Of a DNA stretch of 64,000 bases, positions 41,338 through 51,756 are shown one piece after another. The DNA is from Bacillota bacterium (lineage in GTDB: Bacteria; Bacillota; Clostridia; Acetivibrionales; DSM-1351). Where the stretch lies: the NCBI GenBank assembly GCA_023426005.1, contig JAFABO010000221.1:5721-69720 (forward strand), in the 5' to 3' direction. Each line of letters starts with the position of its first letter. The stretch's first letter is position 1. The translations under genes were made by a program, and so were the position numbers. The notes under the pieces are model-generated. The model saw nothing but the letters and a program-made list of their open reading frames with translations, made no database searches and was not told the origin of the DNA.

Positions 41338-41584
41338 AAGGGAGTGCCACAAAACCAAATCAATTGTAATACATGTAAAAAATGCTGCAGTGTTCGTACC
41401 GCCTCAATAGCCGGATAGCCCCAAAAGTACACGCCTGAAATTTTTGCAGTTCATCACAGGTGTTTCTCCTGTAATTTCAGGTATGTACTTTTAATGGAGC
41501 TCTCCATTTATTGAAGCTGTACTCGCGCACTGTATCCGGTATTAATTCATGTATTGCATTTGTCCCATTTTGAGACAGCCCCTT
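41338..41584. repeat. 247-bp fold-back (long imperfect palindrome), MITE-like
   Basis: Ends AAGGGAGTGCCACAAAA / TTTTGAGACAGCCCCTT (13/17 complementary) plus nested stems including 41423-41442 / 41473-41492 (18/20). Confidence 0.6.
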
Positions 41585-41613
41585 CTTATGACTGTTTTAG
41601 CATTTTTCTAATA

Positions 41614-42747
41614 TTAATACTGGGATTTTTCATCATACACCTTATCAACATTGGCTTTGTTGTATAAAGTATTTGGTACATAGAAGGTTGCAGGGGTTGT
41701 AACTCCCTTTGCCTGCTTTGCTGCTAGATATACAGCCCATTTACCCATCATTCTGGGATCGTTTGCAACTGTTGAAACTATGCCCTTGTCTCCGTCCTTT
41801 ATCCATTTAAGAACTGACTTTCTTGCATCTATTGAGGTTACAAGTATCTGTCCTGACTTGTTTATGGAGTCAAGTGCGGCCACAACTCCCTGGGCTCCTC
41901 CGTCACAGGCACTGAATATTACATCAATATCGGGGTTTGCCTGCAGAGCGTCAAGGGTTTGATTCATTGCAGGTTCAGGCTGCCAGTTATAATATCTGTA
42001 AGCCACAATTTTAAGATTGGATTTGCCGTACTTTTCAAGCATGTAATCGTTATAGCCTGCCAGCATTCCCCAACGCCTGAGGTCGGATTCCTGCTCCTGG
42101 GCTGCTGCTGAAAGCACAAGTGCCTTAACTTCGGCTTTCCAGCCGTTTTTTTCATCATAGGACTTTGCAAGTTCGAAGCCCGCTTTATATCCGCTGTTTT
42201 CAACATCACAGGATACAAAGGTGAACGGCGCTCCCTGGGCGTCCAGAGCACAGTTGACAACCGTAAGCGGTATATTGGCTTCATGCACCTTGGATACTGC
42301 CGGAAGTACTCCTGTCGAATGGAAAGGATTGATTATCATTGCGTCAGGTTTTACATTTACGAGTGTTTCAATGTCCGCCAGCTGCTGGGCCAGATCGTTT
42401 CCGGCATCATAAACCGTAAGCTTTATTCCCAGGTGTTCGGCCTCCATCTTAGCCAGTCTTACCAACTGCTCCCACCATTCGGAGCCGGCTATATTTCTCT
42501 GGGAAAACCCGATAGATAAACCTTTAAATTCGTCTTTTTCACCAAGCATTGCTTCGGGAAGGGCTTCCAATTGTTCCTTTGTTGCTGAAAAAACTCCGCT
42601 TTTTTGTGCCGGCTGTGTTGTTGATACATTAGTTGCGGCACCTGCCGTGCCGTCATCTGTTGAAGCAGGTTGCCCCGAACTGCAGCCTATTGCCAGGGTT
42701 GCCAACAAACTGATGCTTAATACAAGACTCACCAATCTCTTTTTCAT
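41614..42747 (-). CDS. Monosaccharide (RbsB-type) ABC solute-binding lipoprotein
   Basis: Lipobox AIGC, YDAGNDLAQQLADIE, ANPDIDVIFS, SIDA. Confidence 0.9.
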   Translation of the reverse strand: MKKRLVSLVLSISLLATLAIGCSSGQPASTDDGTAGAATNVSTTQPAQKSGVFSATKEQLEALPEAMLGEKDEFKGLSIGFSQRNIAGSEWWEQLVRLAKMEAEHLGIKLTVYDAGNDLAQQLADIETLVNVKPDAMIINPFHSTGVLPAVSKVHEANIPLTVVNCALDAQGAPFTFVSCDVENSGYKAGFELAKSYDEKNGWKAEVKALVLSAAAQEQESDLRRWGMLAGYNDYMLEKYGKSNLKIVAYRYYNWQPEPAMNQTLDALQANPDIDVIFSACDGGAQGVVAALDSINKSGQILVTSIDARKSVLKWIKDGDKGIVSTVANDPRMMGKWAVYLAAKQAKGVTTPATFYVPNTLYNKANVDKVYDEKSQY

Positions 42748-42792
42748 TATTATTTTCCCCCTCAAAACTAATTATTTGAATTTATTTTATGA

Positions 42793-43044
42793 CTAAAGTT
42801 TTTCTTCGGTACGTTCGATAATATCCTGCTGAACCTCTTTGGAAAGCTGTGTGAAATATGCGCTGTAACCGGCAACTCTCACCAGAAGATTTGCATATTT
42901 TTCAGGGTCTTCCTGGGCCTCCAGAAGCGTTTTCTTACTTACTATATTAAACTGCATTTGTGAGCCCCCTGCCGCAAAGTAACGGTCTATAAGGCTGACG
43001 AAACGTTTTAAACCATCGTTCTTATTTACGGTGATTTCAGACAT
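42793..43044 (-). CDS. Stand-alone glycyl-radical domain (C-terminal part of the upstream GRE; GrcA-like)
   Basis: QMQFNIV, LLVRVAGYSAYF..LSKEVQQDIIERTE; own AAAGGAGG SD 7 nt upstream of ATG. Confidence 0.9.
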   Translation of the reverse strand: MSEITVNKNDGLKRFVSLIDRYFAAGGSQMQFNIVSKKTLLEAQEDPEKYANLLVRVAGYSAYFTQLSKEVQQDIIERTEEKL

Positions 43045-43164
43045 GGCTGATCCTCCTTTTTCATTAAATTAGCAATATATTTTAATATTTAATTTTTAAT
43101 AATTGGACATTATTCGGCTGTCTGTTTGTCAATAATTTGTTTACATAATGTATCACAAAATACT

Positions 43165-45399
43165 CTATACCAAATCAGCAGGGCTGAATTTCATATTATA
43201 TAATGAGCCGCAGGAAAGTAAAATATTATTGAGTTTTGCTACTGAAGCTATTGCGGCTGTGGGACCTTTTATATCGGTACCGCGCATGGGGGACTGTCCG
43301 TCTGCAACTGCGGTATAAGCTTCTCTTCCGTCGGGTGTTGCACCGCAAACCTTGCCGAATGGGGTATTACTTGAAACCGTACTTGTGGAGCAGTGCAAGG
43401 TTCCACCTATGGGTCCCCTTCCATAGCGGGTATTCTTGTAGGATACCAGTTCATTGGCCACAGCTGCAAGCATCTCACGGGCGATCTCATCCACTTCGTC
43501 TATATCGTTGCCGTATTTTGGAGCCTGGAGGCACATGGCCTTGATCTGAACACCAGAAGGATCGGTACTCATATCACCGAAGTTAGTTTCAAGTGCGTGC
43601 TTCAATTGTGCACCAGTTATGACCTTATCGTCAAACACCAATTTCTTGATGGCATACAAACTATTGGCAACATTTGCAGTACCTATTGTCTGCTGACCTG
43701 TGAGATCGTACTTTGCCCCGCCCTGCTTTATGGGTTTTCCTCTTGGGATAGTGGTTGTGGGACAGCCGAATATGGCAGCCATAGGTTCGTCAAGGGTTTC
43801 CTCCCATACCTGGTCAATTGTATTTTCCAGAATTGCCTCCATTTTCACGTAATAGGCCAGCTGGTCAAGATATGCTTCCCTGACCTCTTCAAAGCTTTCA
43901 AAGGTTGAGAGATCTTTTCCGTTCTTATTCCGGTGCAGGCATATTCCTGTTCTTGGATCAGTTCCGTTATACAGTGACATTTCAAGGATTTTTGTGCAGT
44001 TGAGCCATGCACCGCCTGTTCTTCCTCCCAGCAAGCCGGCTGTTCCCGGCTCGACACAGCCGATTACACAGTAGTCATAGGCGTCATTCAACTCATATCC
44101 CCTGTTCATCAAGGCCGGTATATAGGTTTCATCATTAAATATTGACGGAAGACCTGTTCCCAGTCTGATTACTTCGGCAACCTTCATTTTAAACTCAAAG
44201 GGAGTATTGCGGTGGAAACGGACTGTAAGTGACGGCTGAGGCACCCTTGTATTGAAGGTTGCATCAAGGCAGATATAGCTCAGTTCATTTGTAGCATCGC
44301 ACTTCTTTACCGGATGCTGTCCGCCTATGGTAAGGTTCTGGAACATGGGAACGCCTCTGTAGAAGTCTGTATCCACCCAGCTTCTCACCTTGTTGCAGGT
44401 ATATATCTGAAGAAAGAAGTTTTCTGTCAGCTCAAGGGCAAGGTCACGGGTAAGTGAACCGTCTGCCAGTCCCTTCTTATATAGCGGATACATAAATTGA
44501 TCGTATCTTCCGAAGGAAACTCCGGCACCATTGTCTTCAATCTGAATACAGATGTGTACCAAAATTATGAACTGGAGTGCTTCCCTGAAGTTTTGCGCCG
44601 GATAGCGCGGAATCCTTCTGCAGATTTCAGCCATTTCATTCAGTTCTCTTTTTCTTGCCACATCTGCTTCCTGGGCTGCCATCTTTTCAGCCAGCCCGGC
44701 ATATCTTTCGGCAAACTTGATAATTGCATTTGCACTTATCAGAGCTGCGTCATAGAAGTCCTTCTTTTTAATTGCATCAGGTTCATTCCAGTTAATTTCA
44801 TCCAATTTCTTCCGGCATTCATCAATTATATATTGGACACCATGGGTAAAGAGAAATTCATGATCCGGTGCATAGTGACCGTCTCCTCCCTGGAAATAGG
44901 TCCCGATATCGGCCGCCTTCAAATCGTAATGCGTAGCCAGGGCATCTTTAGGCAATCTGGCCCTCAGTGTATCGGTATGTGTTTTTCCAGCCCACCAGTC
45001 GCACATGGACTTTATTACAGGCTTGTCTTCTTCCCTCAGAATATATTTGTCGGCAGGTCTTTCATCAGGAAAATAAGGATTCCCCTTTATAAGCTCCTCC
45101 TCGACCCATTCTACTTCAAACTCGGGAAACAGCGGAGCCCATCTTGGTTTTGATGCCTGGTTTCCAATGAACAGGCTGCCCGGCATAATGTATATACTCA
45201 TATTTTGAAGTACATGGTCAATTGCTTTTGCTCTTTTAACTATTGCGGGCAGACTCATATTGTCCCTATAAAATTCTGTCAGGTAATGACCTCTCTCCGG
45301 ACAAATACCATAAGCAAATGATGTCACATATTTATGCAATCTGTCGATTCGCTCTGATCTGACCGGCTGAGTGTCATTTTGAAATGATCCAAGTGCCAT
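43165..45399 (-). CDS. Glycyl-radical enzyme (PFL2/dehydratase-like) barrel lacking the Gly-radical domain
   Basis: SFGRYDQF, FQNLTIGGQ, Cys loop IGCVEP, PKYGND, GATPDGR; ends at NMKFSPADLV-TAG with no RVxG motif; start ATG 45399 behind AAGGAGG. Confidence 0.9.
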   Translation of the reverse strand: MALGSFQNDTQPVRSERIDRLHKYVTSFAYGICPERGHYLTEFYRDNMSLPAIVKRAKAIDHVLQNMSIYIMPGSLFIGNQASKPRWAPLFPEFEVEWVEEELIKGNPYFPDERPADKYILREEDKPVIKSMCDWWAGKTHTDTLRARLPKDALATHYDLKAADIGTYFQGGDGHYAPDHEFLFTHGVQYIIDECRKKLDEINWNEPDAIKKKDFYDAALISANAIIKFAERYAGLAEKMAAQEADVARKRELNEMAEICRRIPRYPAQNFREALQFIILVHICIQIEDNGAGVSFGRYDQFMYPLYKKGLADGSLTRDLALELTENFFLQIYTCNKVRSWVDTDFYRGVPMFQNLTIGGQHPVKKCDATNELSYICLDATFNTRVPQPSLTVRFHRNTPFEFKMKVAEVIRLGTGLPSIFNDETYIPALMNRGYELNDAYDYCVIGCVEPGTAGLLGGRTGGAWLNCTKILEMSLYNGTDPRTGICLHRNKNGKDLSTFESFEEVREAYLDQLAYYVKMEAILENTIDQVWEETLDEPMAAIFGCPTTTIPRGKPIKQGGAKYDLTGQQTIGTANVANSLYAIKKLVFDDKVITGAQLKHALETNFGDMSTDPSGVQIKAMCLQAPKYGNDIDEVDEIAREMLAAVANELVSYKNTRYGRGPIGGTLHCSTSTVSSNTPFGKVCGATPDGREAYTAVADGQSPMRGTDIKGPTAAIASVAKLNNILLSCGSLYNMKFSPADLV

Positions 45400-45514
45400 T
45401 TGTAGTCCTCCTTTTAGAAAATGTGATAGAATATTTATTTTGATTGATTCAGATTGTAAGATATGCACAAAAACCACCTTTGAGTTCCTATACCGCTTAG
45501 TGATTTCTTACAAC

Positions 45515-45579
45515 ACTATATTAGCATCTGAAGTTTTGTTTTAAAACTTAATATCTTTATATCAGGGAGTAACTTCTTT
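45515..45579 (-). promoter_or_regulatory. Candidate activator-dependent promoter of the GRE operon
   Basis: -10 TATAGT (45515-45520), poor -35, and direct repeats TAATATCTTT/TAACTTCTTT with 21-bp period (45549, 45570), a spacing typical of AraC-type sites. Confidence 0.35.
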
Positions 45580-45731
45580 GGATGTTGTGACTTTTTGTAT
45601 AATATCCATAGTTTATATATGTATTCTAAAAATTTTATAGTGTATAATGAACAATGAAATGAGATTAGCATTAAAATATCTGTAACTCCAAACACAGCAA
45701 ATTAAATCCTTATACATTATTAGCGGGGGTA

Positions 45732-47348
45732 ATGTCAATGCTAAAAGTTCTGATAGTAGATGATGAAATAAAAGTATGCAGATTGATCCAATGTCTTGTG
45801 GACTGGGAAGCCTTGGGCCTGGAGCTTATAGGGTTTGCACAGGATGGCCTGACTGCGCTTGATTATGTAAAGCAATATAGCCCCGATATTGTAATAACCG
45901 ATATCAGAATGCCAAACTATGATGGCCTGGACCTGATAAAGAATTCACTGGAAATTAATAAAAATATACATTTCATAATCATAAGCGGTTACAGTCAATT
46001 TGATTATGCCCAGAAGGCCATAAAATTCGGGGTAGACGATTATCTGCTGAAACCTGTTAAAAAGAAAGAATTGCTGCAAACCCTTCAAAAGCTGATAACA
46101 AAGCATCAGGCACTAAAGGACAACCTTTCTGAAAAGGAAGAGATTAAAAAACAATTGACATTTACTGAAAAAAAGCTAAAAAGAAATTTTCTGAGTGAAC
46201 TGCTGGAAAAAAGTATCTCTACTGCGGATAGCTCAGATCTGGATAAGATAAATAAACATTACCACTGTAATTTTGTCAGGGGTAACTTCCAACTGCTGAT
46301 GATACAGCCGGTTATCAAAGCCTCAAATACCGACTCCCGTGTATATGAATTTGTTTTGTCAAAAATAAGGGATACGGTGGCTGAGGATCTTTCATTGTTC
46401 AGCGAGGTTATTTCCATAGTTAGAAGTGATTATGTTTACTGCCTTATAAATGGAACCGATGAAGAGTTTTCCAGGCTTCGCAAGCAGTTGAAGAAGTTCA
46501 GAACCACCATCCTGGAATTAAAAGATGTCATTGGTCATTTCAGTCTGTTTATTGCACTGAGCTCGGAAAAAAGTGATTTAAGCGGGATAAATGACTGTAA
46601 GCGCGAAGTGAGGATTGCAAATCTGAACAAGTTGATATCCGGTGCCGATTTATTGGAGTATACTAACATAAAACCAACCGCTGTCCGCTCGGAACAGATT
46701 GTTGACGGAAAATTCAGAAAAGAGTTTTTATTTAATATTGAGACCTTGAATCATGCCCAGCAAAAGATTTTATTTGACAAGCTGAAGCCGGACATCAAGT
46801 CAGTCGGTAACTTAACCGGTCAGCTTGTCTTTGATATCTATAAGGAGCTGATTGATTTATTTAAGTTCAGTATAAGGACTTACGGGATTATCATAAAAAA
46901 TGAGAACCTCCTTGAAACACTGATGTATGACTTTTTTATGTACTGCTCTGTGGACGAGGTTTTTGACAATCTCCTGCAGAGGATTAATGAAAGTCTCGAT
47001 ACCTGGACTGCTGAAAAAAAATTGGAGAATTCAAAACCCATAAGGCTGGCAAAGCTGTTTATCAACGAAAACTATAACCAGGCACTTACCCTGGAGATAA
47101 TCGGAGATAAAATAGGCTTTAACCCCACTTATTTTTCCAGTGTCTTTAAAAAGGAAACCGGTATGAATTTCGTGGATTATATTACCGAGATCCGTGTCCA
47201 GAATGCCAAACAAATCCTGGTTGACACCGATAAAAGCATTATTGATATATCCACCCAGGTGGGCTTTAATGACATAAAATATTTTACAAAGAAATTCAAA
47301 AAGTCTACCGGACTCAGCCCCACTGAATACCGAAAGCTGTATTCCTAA
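45732..47348 (+). CDS. YesN-type response regulator (receiver + AraC HTH)
   Basis: VLIVDDE, ITDIRMPNYDG, YFSSVFKKETG, GLSPTEYRK. Confidence 0.93.
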   Translation: MSMLKVLIVDDEIKVCRLIQCLVDWEALGLELIGFAQDGLTALDYVKQYSPDIVITDIRMPNYDGLDLIKNSLEINKNIHFIIISGYSQFDYAQKAIKFGVDDYLLKPVKKKELLQTLQKLITKHQALKDNLSEKEEIKKQLTFTEKKLKRNFLSELLEKSISTADSSDLDKINKHYHCNFVRGNFQLLMIQPVIKASNTDSRVYEFVLSKIRDTVAEDLSLFSEVISIVRSDYVYCLINGTDEEFSRLRKQLKKFRTTILELKDVIGHFSLFIALSSEKSDLSGINDCKREVRIANLNKLISGADLLEYTNIKPTAVRSEQIVDGKFRKEFLFNIETLNHAQQKILFDKLKPDIKSVGNLTGQLVFDIYKELIDLFKFSIRTYGIIIKNENLLETLMYDFFMYCSVDEVFDNLLQRINESLDTWTAEKKLENSKPIRLAKLFINENYNQALTLEIIGDKIGFNPTYFSSVFKKETGMNFVDYITEIRVQNAKQILVDTDKSIIDISTQVGFNDIKYFTKKFKKSTGLSPTEYRKLYS

Positions 47349-47381
47349 AAACCCATTATATCCATTATGACAGGTGCGCAT

Positions 47382-48368
47382 ATGAAAAGAAAAACTGCCT
47401 TATCCACAAGAAGTACCCTGGCTTTTATTGTATTGATTTTAATGAATATTGCAGGAATTATTGCCGTTGAAGATTTAAAATTTAAAGCGGTGATGACAAT
47501 ATTGCTGCTGTCGGTAACTTCCTGCTTTTATTATTTGCTTGTTCTGCCCTATTTGAATATTAAGAAGCAATATAAGATGTTTCTGAACGGCCAGGTATAT
47601 GAAGAACTCTTTCAAAACCCCGACTACCTCACACCGGAGACAGTTAAGGTCATGGACCGTTTTCACTATCTGCTCAACAAACAGGATGCTATCAATATGT
47701 CAAAAAAACAGGCTGAGTATCTGGCTCTGCAAAATCAGATAAATCCTCATTTCCTGTACAACACTCTTGAGGCCATCAGAGGGGATGCGCTGTATGCAGG
47801 TCTTGCAAGCATCGCCGAGACAACTGAAGCACTGGCCTCCTTCTTCCGGTACACCATAACTGATGTGGGCAACCTGGTTACTCTGGAGGAGGAATTGGAA
47901 AATATAGAAAACTACTTTACTATACAGCAGTACAGATTTGGCGATAAATTCAAGTTGACCGTAAACTATCCCGAAAATGAGGATATCCTGTTAAATCAGG
48001 TGCCCAAGCTTACCCTGCAGCCAATCATCGAAAATGCAATCTTTCATGGACTAGAGGGAAAGTCCCGGGGCGGCAATATTTTTATAAGCATCGAAAGCAC
48101 GAGGAAAAACCTGTTTATAAGTGTAAAGGATGACGGGCTGGGAATACCTTCCGAGGTATTGACTAAAATAAATGACTCTTTAGAGCGTGTGGCCGTCAGC
48201 TATGTTAATAGTGATAAGAAGAAATCCGGCGGAATCGCACTTAAGAACGTATGCAGAAGGATAAAACTCATATTCGGAGACGAATATGGTGTCCATGTAT
48301 ACAGTACGGTAAATGTCGGAACGGATGTACGGCTTACACTTCCTAAAATTCCAAAGCATTCAGAATAG
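47382..48368 (+). CDS. Short YesM/LytS-type histidine kinase, two TM helices with minimal loop
   Basis: LQNQINPHFLYNTLE, QPIIENAIFHG, DDGLG; only a few residues (EDLK) between TM helices. Confidence 0.9.
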   Translation: MKRKTALSTRSTLAFIVLILMNIAGIIAVEDLKFKAVMTILLLSVTSCFYYLLVLPYLNIKKQYKMFLNGQVYEELFQNPDYLTPETVKVMDRFHYLLNKQDAINMSKKQAEYLALQNQINPHFLYNTLEAIRGDALYAGLASIAETTEALASFFRYTITDVGNLVTLEEELENIENYFTIQQYRFGDKFKLTVNYPENEDILLNQVPKLTLQPIIENAIFHGLEGKSRGGNIFISIESTRKNLFISVKDDGLGIPSEVLTKINDSLERVAVSYVNSDKKKSGGIALKNVCRRIKLIFGDEYGVHVYSTVNVGTDVRLTLPKIPKHSE

Positions 48369-48384
48369 AACCGGAGGAATTCCA

Positions 48385-49812
48385 ATGAAAGAAGAGATTT
48401 TCAGAATAGACAACGGCCAGCTTATGCTCAAGGGTCAAAAGATTTTTAACAGCATTTACCTTCAGGTTTTTGCCGGTGAAACTCTTGGGATTATCTTTGA
48501 CAACATGGAGGAAAAAAATGCCTTTTTGAAGCTGTTAAACGGAGATGCCAGACTGTCCTACGGAAGGATGTATATCAATGAGGAGGTCATAGAAGGCAAT
48601 AACGATGACCATTCCGTTAAGCAAAATATCTTCACAATAACCGAATCATCAAAACTGATAAAACAGATGAAAATTTATGAAAATATTTTTCTCTTCCACT
48701 CAGAGGATATTTTCCTGAAATCAGGCCTATACAGGAAAAAAACTCAAATGCTCTTCGAACATTTTAATATAGATATACCCCTAAATAAGCCCATCCCCCA
48801 GCTGACCAGCCTGGAAAGCATCACCATAGAGCTGCTTAAGGCATTTACCCTTGATTCCAGGCTTATTGTACTTTCCAATATAACCAGCATTCTGAATACC
48901 ACAGAGCTGATCACTTTCTTTGAACTGGTAAACAAGCTGAAAAGAAAGGGAGTTGGTTTTATTGTAACTGAGACCTTTGAAGATATAGTCTTTGAACAGA
49001 CCAACCAGCTATGTCTGATAAAAAACGGAAAAACAATAGGTCTTTTCAATTCGGCCAATCTGAACCGAAAAATGATATATCAGCTTCTGAATGCCAAACA
49101 GACCGATGATTCTTATAAGGATATTGGAAGTGAGACAAATACATCCTCACAGCAGAGAGAGGTCGTGCTTTCCCTGAATAACATATATACCAGCGTTTTG
49201 CAGGATATCAGCCTGGATATCCGGCGGGGTGAGATCCTCAAGATATTTTATATGGACGATGAAAGCAAAAATGACCTTATCGGTCTCCTGAACGGTACAA
49301 TAGACGCCTGCAAGGGGCGGATCACCGTTAATAATAACAGCTATTCTGCAAGCGGTATAGCCGATGCCCAGGAAAAGGGAGTGTGCTTTGTTGAGGAAAA
49401 TCCAACCGAAGTAATGCTTTTCAAAAGGTTGAGCGTAATGTATAACCTGTGCATACCATTATCAAACAAGGTCAACTGGTTCTGGGTCAAAAGCAGATAC
49501 GGCAAAAGTGTAATAAAGACTCTTGAGCAGCTGATAGCTCCAAGCTATTTCAAAAAGCCGGTGTACATGGTTCCGCCCAGCGTCCAGCAGAAAGTGGTCT
49601 ACTGCAAGTGGCTGCTGTATTCGCCCAGGGTCCTTGTGTGTATAAAGCCCTTTTCAATCACCGATGTAAAGGTCAATCAGATTACCGAGGAGATGATTAA
49701 TTTGTTGGCGGACAGGGGAATTGCAATTTTGATAGTCACATCCAACTGGCCATCTCTCAGCGATCTGAAGGGTGATACAATCTACCTCAAAGACGGCAGG
49801 CTGGGATTATAA
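48385..49812 (+). CDS. Degenerate RbsA-like two-domain ABC ATPase (no canonical nucleotide-binding motifs)
   Basis: Collinear with sugar ABC ATPases ([26 protein letters not shown]) but Walker A, LSGGQ and Walker B are replaced; start ATG 48385 behind GGAGG. Confidence 0.8.
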   Translation: MKEEIFRIDNGQLMLKGQKIFNSIYLQVFAGETLGIIFDNMEEKNAFLKLLNGDARLSYGRMYINEEVIEGNNDDHSVKQNIFTITESSKLIKQMKIYENIFLFHSEDIFLKSGLYRKKTQMLFEHFNIDIPLNKPIPQLTSLESITIELLKAFTLDSRLIVLSNITSILNTTELITFFELVNKLKRKGVGFIVTETFEDIVFEQTNQLCLIKNGKTIGLFNSANLNRKMIYQLLNAKQTDDSYKDIGSETNTSSQQREVVLSLNNIYTSVLQDISLDIRRGEILKIFYMDDESKNDLIGLLNGTIDACKGRITVNNNSYSASGIADAQEKGVCFVEENPTEVMLFKRLSVMYNLCIPLSNKVNWFWVKSRYGKSVIKTLEQLIAPSYFKKPVYMVPPSVQQKVVYCKWLLYSPRVLVCIKPFSITDVKVNQITEEMINLLADRGIAILIVTSNWPSLSDLKGDTIYLKDGRLGL

Positions 49813-51582
49813 GATCCCGGCGCCCTGAAGCCCTGCGTCCTTGCCTTCATCATTTCCGGACGGCGTAATAATGAAGCGTGCCGCCTGTTCTATCATTCTG
49901 TCCGAGCTTTCTTTAATATTATAGGTCATATCCTTGGTTTCTGCCGACTTTTCATTTATTGTCATGGTCTTGCGGGCAATATCATTTATATCTGCCGCAC
50001 CCTCATTTGCAGCCAGGGCAATTTCATTTATGGCCGACACCATGTTTTGTATTGTAGCCAGCAGCTGCTCACAGGTTGCGCTTAAGTCGGTTGAATTGTC
50101 ATAATAGTAAATAGCGTCCTTGCTGTATTGTTCACTGGTTTCCAGTAACAGCGAATAGTCGTTAAATACCCTTTCATTCATAAAATTCAGCATATTGGTT
50201 GAATTATCCGCCAAATCCGCTACCGAGCCGGTCACAAGGTTGGTGATGTTCTGCAGCTTTGAGACGGTACTTTTTGATTCGTCGGCAAGTTTTCTTATTT
50301 CATCGGCAACCACCGAAAAACCTTTTCCGTGCTCACCGGCTCTTGCGGCCTCAATTGCCGCGTTCAACGCCAGCAGGTTTGTTTGCTCGGTAATGGCAAG
50401 TATTGTGGAATACATTTCCCCTATCTGTTCAACTTTTTTTACATGGATCAATGAACTGTTAAGCTTCTCCTGCGCTGTATCAAATAGCTGTCTGGCTTCA
50501 TTCAAGGAACCTGTGGCCTTTTGCTTTATGTTACTGGCTCTCTGGTTAATATCCGTTGCAATGTTAACTTCCTCCAGAGCCCTTGCGGCTACACTTTCAA
50601 CCGCCGTTTCTATTTCATGGGCAGTGGCTGTCATCTCCTGTGCCGAAGCAGCCGTTTCCTGCATCCCTGCCGATAATTCCTGGGCAGTTCCTGTAATAGC
50701 GGCCACTTCACCGTTCAGCTCCTCTATTTTCTCATGGGTCACCGCAATATGTTCCATGGATCTGTCGGCCTCATGTATGACCGTACGTAAAATATCGGTC
50801 AGGGACATTTGCATTTTGCCGATAGAATTGATTATCTGGCCGACCTCATCCTTGTGCTTCTTATAGGCTTCAGGAATTTCCTGTGACAAATCTCCCGAGC
50901 CTATGATATTCAAATGCCTGGCGGCACTGTTCAAAGGTCTGGAAATTGACCTTGCAATTATAATGGACAGGATAAGGCCAAGGGCGGCTGCAATAAAGAA
51001 GGTACCGATCAAAAAGGCTATTGCTATTTTTTTATTATGCTCGCTATCGGTATGTATTGCCATAGATAGATTGACCAGACTTTTTGCAAGTTCCTGATAT
51101 TGCTTCTGATAATCATCCATATATTTGACATTATCACTGTATTTTTTCATTGCAGATTTCTGCTCTCCGGCCATTGCCAGCTTTATGATCTCGTCTCTGG
51201 CTTCATTGAAATTCTTGACGTTAAGGGAAGCCGAAGAAAGTGCATCAACCTCAAAATCATCTATCTCCAATTCTTTAAGCCTTGAAATATCTTCCGATAT
51301 GGTCTGTGTTCTCATGTCAAGATCCTTCAGCTTTTCTTCCTGAAAAGTTTTGTTATCGGTATTCAAAATTATATAGAGCAAATTCGCTTCATTCGCCCGC
51401 GAATTTGCTCTTATGTCATTTATGTATTCCGTACCTTTAAGGTAGTTGCTGTATAAACTTTCAATCCCTGAATTTGCTTCGTTTAAGAAGTAATAGGATA
51501 TAGAACCCTGGCATAACAGCAATATCAGGAAAAAAACAGCCATAATCAATACCTTGTTAAATACCTTCATGTTTTTCAACAT
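49807..51582 (-). CDS. Methyl-accepting chemotaxis protein
   Basis: TM-4HB sensor-[40 protein letters not shown]. Confidence 0.95.
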   Translation of the reverse strand: MLKNMKVFNKVLIMAVFFLILLLCQGSISYYFLNEANSGIESLYSNYLKGTEYINDIRANSRANEANLLYIILNTDNKTFQEEKLKDLDMRTQTISEDISRLKELEIDDFEVDALSSASLNVKNFNEARDEIIKLAMAGEQKSAMKKYSDNVKYMDDYQKQYQELAKSLVNLSMAIHTDSEHNKKIAIAFLIGTFFIAAALGLILSIIIARSISRPLNSAARHLNIIGSGDLSQEIPEAYKKHKDEVGQIINSIGKMQMSLTDILRTVIHEADRSMEHIAVTHEKIEELNGEVAAITGTAQELSAGMQETAASAQEMTATAHEIETAVESVAARALEEVNIATDINQRASNIKQKATGSLNEARQLFDTAQEKLNSSLIHVKKVEQIGEMYSTILAITEQTNLLALNAAIEAARAGEHGKGFSVVADEIRKLADESKSTVSKLQNITNLVTGSVADLADNSTNMLNFMNERVFNDYSLLLETSEQYSKDAIYYYDNSTDLSATCEQLLATIQNMVSAINEIALAANEGAADINDIARKTMTINEKSAETKDMTYNIKESSDRMIEQAARFIITPSGNDEGKDAGLQGAGIL

Positions 51583-51756
51583 AACATCAGCACCTCTCTC
51601 TACTTATTACGTAAACTTGTATATACTCCTAGATTATATACCCAGAGAAGGTAAATTGAAACTGTTCTTTTAGCTAAATTGACTCATTATGACAGTTTAT
51701 AAATATACATTTTGCTGAATTTATACTGAGTTTTTAGTTTACAGAATCAGCCGGTA

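Noticed and set aside
41310..41432. N-terminal extension of the ABC ATPase ORF
   Set aside because: Runs into the fold-back element; SD supports a start at 41309-41315
43045..43167. Stop-codon readthrough or group II intron explanation for the split GRE
   Set aside because: Multiple in-frame stops; too short and lacks a GTGCG 5' end or domain V
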